This document shows positions 57,858 through 64,000 of a stretch of DNA of 64,000 nt, one piece after another. The translations under genes were made by a program, and so were the position numbers. This DNA comes from Spirochaetota bacterium (GTDB taxonomy: Bacteria > Spirochaetota > UBA4802 > UBA5550): positions 33,848 through 97,847 of the forward strand of contig JBGSQT010000001.1 of the NCBI GenBank assembly GCA_041737965.1, in the 5' to 3' direction. Position 1 is the first letter of the stretch. The number at the start of each line of letters is the position of its first letter. Below the pieces are notes generated by a model, which ran no database searches, was not told the DNA's origin, and saw only the letters and a program-made list of their open reading frames with translations.

Positions 57858-59204
57858 TCAGCGTTTCATCAAAAGATGCGCCGCGGTGTTGATCGGGTCC
57901 CATACCGGGGAAAAAGGGGGCGCGTATCCGAGATCCAGATATGCCAGTTGCTCCACCGTCATCCCGGTGGTTATGGCCGCGGCGGCGATGTTGGAACGGA
58001 GGGCGGCGCCGTCGGTGCCGGCGCACTCACAGCCGATAACGGTGCCGGTCGTATCGTTAATCACCAGGTTTACCAGTATGGGGCGAGCGCCCGGGTAATA
58101 ACCGGCCCTTGATCTCCCCTCAACGGCCGCGGCCCGCGCGGGTATCCCCGCAGCCAGTGCATCGGACTCGTTAAGGCCGGTTTTCCCCACCTCGAGGTCG
58201 AAAACCTTTACCTGCTGGGACCCCACGATGCCGGGGAACCGCTCACCTCTGATTCCCGCCGCCTGCAGTCCCGCCACGCGGCCCTGCTTGTTTGCCGTGG
58301 TCCCCAGGGGCATGTACACGTCCTTTCCCGTCACCATGTGCCTCACCGTGGCGCAGTCGCCCGCGGCATACACGTCCGGCGCGGTTGTCATGGAGCGATC
58401 GTCCACGATGATCGCCCCTTTCTCGTGAAGCGCAAGGGCGCCGGGCGTGAGAAATCCGGTGTTGGGTTTGATCCCCACTGAGAGTATGGCGAAATCCGCG
58501 GAATATGGCCCGCCGTCCCCGTGCACCGTGACCGATGACCCGCGGTCCTCAATTTCGGCGATGGATATGCCGGTATGGAAGGACACGCCGTTTTCCCGGA
58601 GAGTTTCCGCAACCATCTTCCTGATCCCGGGCGACATGGCCATGGCTACGGACTCAAGCCTTTCCAGCAGGGTGATTTCTATCCCGCGTTTCCTCAGCGA
58701 CTCGGCCATTTCGAGGCCGATAAACCCCCCTCCGATAATGACGCCGGAGTTGGGCTTTTCACTGTCGATGAACTTCCGTATTGCGATTCCCTGGGCGAGG
58801 CTTCTCAGCGGAAACACACGGGGGGAGGTTACCCCCTTGATGGGAGGGATGAAAGGCGATGCGCCGGTGGCGATTACAAGTGTGCCGTAAGAACGCTCAG
58901 ACGTGCCTTTACCCTGCCTGAACGAAACGACCTTTTTCTCGAAATCGACTCCTACTGCTTCAGACTCGAGAAATATGGATATGTTTTTTCTTTTCGAAAA
59001 CTCCTCACGATCGATGGCAAGGAGGTCCTTCGATGAGCCCACGTCGCCGGATATGAAGTACGGCATGCCGCATGCCGCGTATGAGACATCGACGCTCTTC
59101 TCAAATACCGCTATTGACATTGAGTTGTCGATCCTGCGGGCCTGCGACGCCGCGGTCATGCCGCCTGCGTCGCCGCCTATGACAAGAAGATCGTAGTTGT
59201 TCAT
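57858..59204 (-). CDS. FAD-dependent pyridine nucleotide-disulfide oxidoreductase of the NADH oxidase / CoA-disulfide reductase type
   Basis: FAD motif VIGGDAGG, single redox Cys in SYAACGMPYFI, NAD motif GGGFIGLE, and a C-terminal dimerisation domain. Confidence 0.85.
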   Translation of the reverse strand: MNNYDLLVIGGDAGGMTAASQARRIDNSMSIAVFEKSVDVSYAACGMPYFISGDVGSSKDLLAIDREEFSKRKNISIFLESEAVGVDFEKKVVSFRQGKGTSERSYGTLVIATGASPFIPPIKGVTSPRVFPLRSLAQGIAIRKFIDSEKPNSGVIIGGGFIGLEMAESLRKRGIEITLLERLESVAMAMSPGIRKMVAETLRENGVSFHTGISIAEIEDRGSSVTVHGDGGPYSADFAILSVGIKPNTGFLTPGALALHEKGAIIVDDRSMTTAPDVYAAGDCATVRHMVTGKDVYMPLGTTANKQGRVAGLQAAGIRGERFPGIVGSQQVKVFDLEVGKTGLNESDALAAGIPARAAAVEGRSRAGYYPGARPILVNLVINDTTGTVIGCECAGTDGAALRSNIAAAAITTGMTVEQLAYLDLGYAPPFSPVWDPINTAAHLLMKR

Positions 59205-59281
59205 GAGGCTTCCGCGCGCATTTTATAATACCGCATATTCAGTGATGGCCTCCCGTTTCGGCCGCCCTTTCCGGCATTATA

Positions 59282-59854
59282 TCAATACGCCTCGCAGTTT
59301 ATCTCGAAATATGCCTTTGGATGATCGCAGCAGGGGCATTTTTCGGGAGCGTTTTTGCCTGACACTATATATCCGCAGTTACGGCACTTCCACTGTACGC
59401 TCGATTCCTTCTTAAAGGTGGTCCCGTCAACTATGGTGCTGCGAAGCGCCCTGTACCTCTCTTCGTGGTGCTTTTCCACTTCCGCGATTTTTCTCCAGAT
59501 AAAGGCCGCGTCCTTGAAGCCCTCCTGCTCGGCCGTTGCGGCAAAGGCCGGATACAGCTCGGTATGCTCCTCTTTCTCTCCATTGGCTGCGGCTTCAAGG
59601 TTCTCCAGCGTGGTGCCGATGCATCCGGCGGGATACATCGCCGTAATCTCCACCGCACCGCCTTCAAGAAACTTGAAAAACTTTTTCGCGTGTTCTTTTT
59701 CGTTTTCCGCTGTTTCAAGAAATATGGCGGCTATCTGCTCATACCCCTCTTTTTTCGCCTGAGAAGCGAAATAGGTGTAACGATTCCTTGCCTGTGATTC
59801 TCCGGCAAAAGAAGCGAGCAGATTCTTTTCCGTTTTTGTTCCTTTAATACTCAT
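59282..59854 (-). CDS. rbr: Rubrerythrin
   Basis: Diiron four-helix-bundle ExxH motifs (ENEKEHA, EKHHEE) plus a C-terminal rubredoxin-like CRNCG....CPCC. Confidence 0.93.
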   Translation of the reverse strand: MSIKGTKTEKNLLASFAGESQARNRYTYFASQAKKEGYEQIAAIFLETAENEKEHAKKFFKFLEGGAVEITAMYPAGCIGTTLENLEAAANGEKEEHTELYPAFAATAEQEGFKDAAFIWRKIAEVEKHHEERYRALRSTIVDGTTFKKESSVQWKCRNCGYIVSGKNAPEKCPCCDHPKAYFEINCEAY

Positions 59855-59942
59855 TTTTGTCCTCTTTGAAGTAATTTTTTAAGCCTGCATTTCGGTACAT
59901 CATCCTGCAATCGCGCAGACGTGTATGACGACTCGCATCAGA

Positions 59943-60935
59943 TTAATCCACTATTTTTCCTTTGAATACCCTGTACACATATACCGTGTATCCCAGAACA
60001 ATCGGGATTCCGATACAGGTGATGATGAGCATCACCTTGAGGGTCAGTTCGCTCGAAGACGCGGAGAATATGGTTATATCGAAGCCCTCGCTCGCCCTGA
60101 CGAGGTTGGGGTAGAGCTGAAGCCCTGCGATTCCCCAGAAAGAGACGATTGCTCCGGCGGTGGTCATATACAGCACACCGTCCCGCTCACCGTGAAGCAG
60201 AAGCCTGAAGCTGGTTATGGAAGCCGCGGCCACGGCGAACAGGGCCCATGACCAGGGGCTTGTCATGCTCTCCGGGAGGACCAGCGCCGCAGCGGCGACA
60301 GAGGCGACGGCGATGATGACGTGGAACATCCACACCGTTGCGGCGACGCTTTTCGCGCGGGAGTTCGTCTGCCCCGACGTTTTCAGGATCGCAAAAGAGC
60401 AGCCGTGGAGAATAATGAGCGTAAGCCCGAGCAGTCCTATCAGAAGCGGAAAAGGCCTGAGCAGGGTGAAGAATGACCCGATATAGTTCATCTGATAATC
60501 AAGCGGCACCCCAAACACGATGTTCCCCAGGGTCACACTGAGGAGAAAAGCCACAAGCGCGCTGCAGACTGAGTACGTCCACATCCACAGCTTCCTCCTC
60601 TTCTCGTCGAGAAACCAGAACTCTATGGACACTGCCCTGAAAATAAGGGCGAAAAGGAGGAGCATCAGGGCAAGATAGAACCCGCTGAACACCGTGGCGT
60701 AGGCCTGGGGAAACGCGGCGAACAGCGCGGCACCGCCGGTGATGAGCCAGACTTCGTTGCCGTCCCAGAGCGGACCGATCGCGGTGAAAAGTTTTTTCGT
60801 GTCGCCTTCACTTTCGCAGAGAAGGGGGAGCGATACGCCTATTCCGAGATCGAACCCGTCAAGTATGGTATATCCGGTAAGGAGAAAACCGATAATGAGA
60901 AACCATGTGATCTGTAAAACCTGATGTGTATCCAT
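59943..60935 (-). CDS. cydB: Cytochrome bd-type quinol oxidase subunit II
   Basis: N-terminus W.....L.GY.ILDGFDLG. About 8 TM helices. It lies directly downstream of cydA. Confidence 0.9.
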   Translation of the reverse strand: MDTHQVLQITWFLIIGFLLTGYTILDGFDLGIGVSLPLLCESEGDTKKLFTAIGPLWDGNEVWLITGGAALFAAFPQAYATVFSGFYLALMLLLFALIFRAVSIEFWFLDEKRRKLWMWTYSVCSALVAFLLSVTLGNIVFGVPLDYQMNYIGSFFTLLRPFPLLIGLLGLTLIILHGCSFAILKTSGQTNSRAKSVAATVWMFHVIIAVASVAAAALVLPESMTSPWSWALFAVAAASITSFRLLLHGERDGVLYMTTAGAIVSFWGIAGLQLYPNLVRASEGFDITIFSASSSELTLKVMLIITCIGIPIVLGYTVYVYRVFKGKIVD

Positions 60936-60955
60936 GAGTACCTCGCCTTGTGTGA

Positions 60956-62278
60956 TCAGTAACCAGCCGCTACGTCATCCATTCCCTTGCCGATAATTTT
61001 AAACAAGAGCTTAAGGAAAAGGAACCCGAGGATGAGATAAATGACGGAAAACATTATAAGGGAGAACAGAATATGGGCCGCGGGGACGTTGATCGATACC
61101 GCCTCCGATGTTTTTAAAATCCCATATACCGCCCAGGGCTGTCTTCCGATTTCCGCCGATATCCAGCCCACTTCGTTGGCAACCAGGGGGAGCGGCGATG
61201 CGAGCACCAGGGTCCACAAAAGCCATTTCTGCCGGTGCAATTTTTTTAGCACCATGAAAATAACGACCAGCATGCTCAGAAAGGCGAAAAACGAGCCGAG
61301 ACCTATCATCAGATGGTAGCTCATGTATACCGGTAAAAGCGGGGGCAGAACATCGTCTGAAAAACCGTCAAGGCCCCGCACTTCCGCGTCCGGATCGAAA
61401 TGAATCAAGAGGCTCAATAGTTTCGGCACCGCGATTTCAAAATGGGTCCGTTTCTCTGTCGCGTCGGGAATCCCGATGATGGACATGGGCGCTCCCTTCT
61501 GGGTTTTCCAGAGCGCTTCGAAGGAGGCCATTCTCTCGGGATTGGTCCTGGCAACCTGAACCGAGTGGGCGTGCCCAGTGCCGAACTGCAGGAGTGAGGC
61601 GAAGATGAACAGCGTCAGGGCGGTCCCAAGCAGTTTTTTTGCGTACACGGGGCTTTTCTCCTTCAACAGCAGCCAGGCGGCGATGCCGGCGACAAAAAGC
61701 GACCCGGTGATCCAGCCGCCCACTATCACATGGAAAAACCTCTGAAGCGTGGACGGGTTGAATACAGCTGCGCTGAAATCGGTAAGTACCGCCCTTCCGT
61801 GCTGGATGACGTAGCCTGCCGGCGTATGCATCCATGAATTGGCTATGATGATCCAGAGCCCCGACAGGTGAGAGGCGAAGCATACGAGAAACGCGGAAAG
61901 GAGATACACCCGCGGCGATACTTTATTCCTCCCCCAAATCAGCACGCCGATAAAGACGGATTCCAGAAAAAACGCGAAAATCCCCTCAGCCGCCAGGGGG
62001 GCCCCGAAAATATCCCCCACCATTCTCGAGTAGTTGGCCCAGTTGGTGCCGAAGGCGAATTCGAGAACGATGCCGGTTGCCACCCCGAGAGAGAAAACCA
62101 GCGCCAGTATTTTGATTAAAAACGAGGAGATTTTCTTATAGGCCTCCTCCCTGGTGAGATAAAATTTTGTCTCGATTATGACTATCAAGAGCGTCAATCC
62201 CAGGGTTATGGGAGGAAAAATAAAATGGAATCCTGCGTTTATGCCGAATTGGATCCTTGAAAGCAGTACCGCATCCAT
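60956..62278 (-). CDS. cydA: Cytochrome bd-type quinol oxidase subunit I (short Q-loop form)
   Basis: LSRIQFG....HFIFPP N-terminus, GWI.AE.GRQPW block. 440 aa. Confidence 0.93.
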   Translation of the reverse strand: MDAVLLSRIQFGINAGFHFIFPPITLGLTLLIVIIETKFYLTREEAYKKISSFLIKILALVFSLGVATGIVLEFAFGTNWANYSRMVGDIFGAPLAAEGIFAFFLESVFIGVLIWGRNKVSPRVYLLSAFLVCFASHLSGLWIIIANSWMHTPAGYVIQHGRAVLTDFSAAVFNPSTLQRFFHVIVGGWITGSLFVAGIAAWLLLKEKSPVYAKKLLGTALTLFIFASLLQFGTGHAHSVQVARTNPERMASFEALWKTQKGAPMSIIGIPDATEKRTHFEIAVPKLLSLLIHFDPDAEVRGLDGFSDDVLPPLLPVYMSYHLMIGLGSFFAFLSMLVVIFMVLKKLHRQKWLLWTLVLASPLPLVANEVGWISAEIGRQPWAVYGILKTSEAVSINVPAAHILFSLIMFSVIYLILGFLFLKLLFKIIGKGMDDVAAGY

Positions 62279-62312
62279 GTGTGTAGTCCTTTATAACAGT
62301 GTCCGCAGGATG

Positions 62313-62477
62313 TTATCCTTCGTATGGCTCAAACTGGTCTTTGCCCACTCCGCAGGTCGGGCAGACCCAGTCATCGGGAAGATCTTCAAATGCGGTGCCC
62401 GGTTTCGTTCCGGAATCTGGATCTCCTTCGGCGGGATCGTAAATATACCCGCATACACTGCACTGGTATTTCTTCAT
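62313..62477 (-). CDS. Rubredoxin (54 aa; absent from the ORF track because it is shorter than 60 aa)
   Basis: Manual translation gives [54 protein letters not shown]. It has the CxxCG and CPxCG iron ligands, and GGAGG lies 6 nt upstream of the ATG. Confidence 0.9.
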   Translation of the reverse strand: MKKYQCSVCGYIYDPAEGDPDSGTKPGTAFEDLPDDWVCPTCGVGKDQFEPYEG

Positions 62478-62569
62478 TGTGGCCTCCATGTTTTATTCGT
62501 TGGGTTTTTTAACTGCGCTGAGAATTGTGTAACAATAACTTATCAAACTGAAACAATTGTAATGGTTAC

Positions 62570-62597
62570 ATTTTAATCGCAAATATATTTTTTTCAA
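62570..62597 (-). promoter_or_regulatory. Candidate sigma-70 promoter for rubredoxin-cydAB
   Basis: On the minus strand: TTGAAA, a 16-nt spacer, then TAAAAT. The inverted repeat TGTAAccaTTACA (62558-62570) follows immediately. Confidence 0.4.
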
Positions 62598-62606
62598 GTA
62601 AAAAAT

Positions 62607-63029
62607 TCATCCATCGCATTTTTTGCACAGCCCCTTGAAGTACACATGGCTTTCAACGATGGAATATTCGTCCTTCCGGGAGGCCGCAAATTCCGTCATG
62701 CAGGAATTCATCGCGTCATTGAACATGATGTCCCTGAGAGAGCCGCATTTCAGGCACTTGAAATGACCGTGGACACGCGTGTCCTGATCGAAACGGACTT
62801 CGTTGTCTTCGATGGTGATCGACCGGATCAGCCCCTTTCCGGTAAAAGTTTTCAGAGTGTTGTATATGGTCGTCTTCGACAGGGTTGGTATGAGTTTGAT
62901 AATGTCCGTGTAAATGGTGTCCGCGGTTGGATGGGATTTATTGTTCATGAGGTACTCGTATATTTTAATCCTGTGGTATGACGGGACTATTCCGTTCCTC
63001 TCGAGTATTTGTTTTAAATCATCAAGCAT
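62607..63029 (-). CDS. Fur-family metalloregulator (PerR-like by context)
   Basis: Winged-helix N-domain, HGHF.C..CG and C..C structural-zinc pairs. It is embedded among oxidative-stress genes. Confidence 0.85.
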   Translation of the reverse strand: MLDDLKQILERNGIVPSYHRIKIYEYLMNNKSHPTADTIYTDIIKLIPTLSKTTIYNTLKTFTGKGLIRSITIEDNEVRFDQDTRVHGHFKCLKCGSLRDIMFNDAMNSCMTEFAASRKDEYSIVESHVYFKGLCKKCDG

Positions 63030-63061
63030 GGCATCACATCGCGTGTGACTACATAATATCT

Positions 63062-64000
63062 TTAAACCTTCAGAGTTTTCAGCTTTTTTTCCATCTCATC
63101 GAGAAACGTCGCGTTCGGTATATATTTACACTTGATCGATTCCAGCATGTCGAAACCGCATGATTTGAGTATTTCCTCGATCTGGCCGATGCTCTGCCCG
63201 CCCCAGCCGTATGACCCGAACGCGAGCCCTGTCCGTTTTTTAGGCGCCAGCCCCTTCATGTAGGTCAGAAAGGCCGAGACAGTTGGAAGCATATTGTTGT
63301 TCAGAGTCGGCGACCCGACGCAGATAAACCGGGCGTCGATGATTTCGGTCATGATGTCAGAGATGTGGTTTTCCTGAAGCCCCATCATCCTGGTGGCGGC
63401 TCCCATGTTCTCGAAGGCCCGCTGAATGGAGTAGGCCATGGTCCTGGTGGAATTCCACATAGTGTCGTACACAATGACCGCCTTCCGGCCGGTGATGTTG
63501 CCGCACCATTCCCCGTAGTTTTTCAGTATCTCCGGAATATGGCGCCTCCAGATTATGCCGTGGCTCGGCGCGATCGTCCCGATGTCGAGTCCGGCCGCGG
63601 CGTCGAGGGCTTTTCTCACCTGCTGACCGTAAGGAAGCACGATGTTTGCGTAATATTTTTTCGCTTCATGAAGGATGATGTCGAAGAAATATTCGTCGTC
63701 AAAACGTTCCGAGGTGGCGATGTGCTGGCCGAACGCGTCGTTTGAGAAGAGGACCTTTTCCTCGGCCAGGTAGGCCATCATGTTGTCCGGCCAGTGCACC
63801 ATCGGGGTGTGGACGAAATGGAACGTGTAGTTCCCTGTATTGAGGGTTTCGCCGGACTGGACGACCCTGAGGTTTTTGGTCAGGCCGAAGTGTTCCTGCA
63901 GGCCCTTGCTGCCGTTTGGCGACGTCACTACCACGGCTGCGGGGGCGATCTCCCTGATACGGGAGAGAGAGCCGGAATGGTCCATCTCGACGTGGTTTGA
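63062..64000 (-). CDS. Flavodiiron protein (FprA / rubredoxin:oxygen oxidoreductase type); the N-terminus runs off the window
   Basis: The frame is open to base 64000. The diiron motif HVEMDHSG is at the window edge, followed by an MBL-like domain and a C-terminal flavodoxin domain (AVIVYDTMWNST). Confidence 0.9.
   Translation of the reverse strand, partial: SNHVEMDHSGSLSRIREIAPAAVVVTSPNGSKGLQEHFGLTKNLRVVQSGETLNTGNYTFHFVHTPMVHWPDNMMAYLAEEKVLFSNDAFGQHIATSERFDDEYFFDIILHEAKKYYANIVLPYGQQVRKALDAAAGLDIGTIAPSHGIIWRRHIPEILKNYGEWCGNITGRKAVIVYDTMWNSTRTMAYSIQRAFENMGAATRMMGLQENHISDIMTEIIDARFICVGSPTLNNNMLPTVSAFLTYMKGLAPKKRTGLAFGSYGWGGQSIGQIEEILKSCGFDMLESIKCKYIPNATFLDEMEKKLKTLKV

Overview
The window is a mostly chromosomal, housekeeping-rich stretch of a bacterial genome. 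I call about 60 protein genes, 2 tRNAs and a few promoters and terminators. I saw no CRISPR array, rRNA, transposase, integrase or phage genes, reading by eye only. The lineage cannot be fixed from sequence alone. The gene content fits an anaerobe or microaerophile with heavy second-messenger signalling, possibly spirochaete-like or deltaproteobacterium-like: rubrerythrin, rubredoxin, a flavodiiron protein, bd oxidase, a Sec-containing SelD, and many cNMP, PilZ, GGDEF, MORN and pentapeptide proteins.

Recognisable blocks:
- hemW (partial), then an RluA-family pseudouridine synthase.
- tRNA-Leu(TAG) and tRNA-Gly(GCC), followed by the classical tig-clpP-clpX-lon cluster.
- ptsI next to a hexokinase-family kinase.
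- hisI-hisG.
- asnS, a class II aaRS paralog, and carB on one strand.
- PBP4 (dacB), a MutY-like glycosylase, and an ECF sigma / anti-sigma pair.
- Two K+ channels.
- A four-gene envelope cluster: lipoprotein, OmpA-like protein, large helical protein, transglutaminase-like protein.
- selD, a cNMP-GGDEF cyclase with an NrnA-like phosphoesterase, and cysE.
- A seven-gene oxygen-defence island: flavodiiron protein, PerR-like Fur, rubredoxin, cydAB, rubrerythrin, and a Nox/CoADR-like flavoprotein.

Main points for a second look:
1. selD carries an in-frame TGA exactly at the catalytic Cys/Sec position, with a downstream hairpin. The ORF track therefore truncates it.
2. A 54-aa rubredoxin gene lies below the ORF-track cutoff, upstream of cydAB.
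3. An RCK K+ channel is translationally coupled to a stand-alone cNMP-binding protein.
4. A class II aaRS-like paralog without an anticodon-binding domain sits next to asnS.
5. The envelope cluster is uncharacterised.

I found no convincing defence or mobile system. Several very long antisense ORFs are shadows of real genes.
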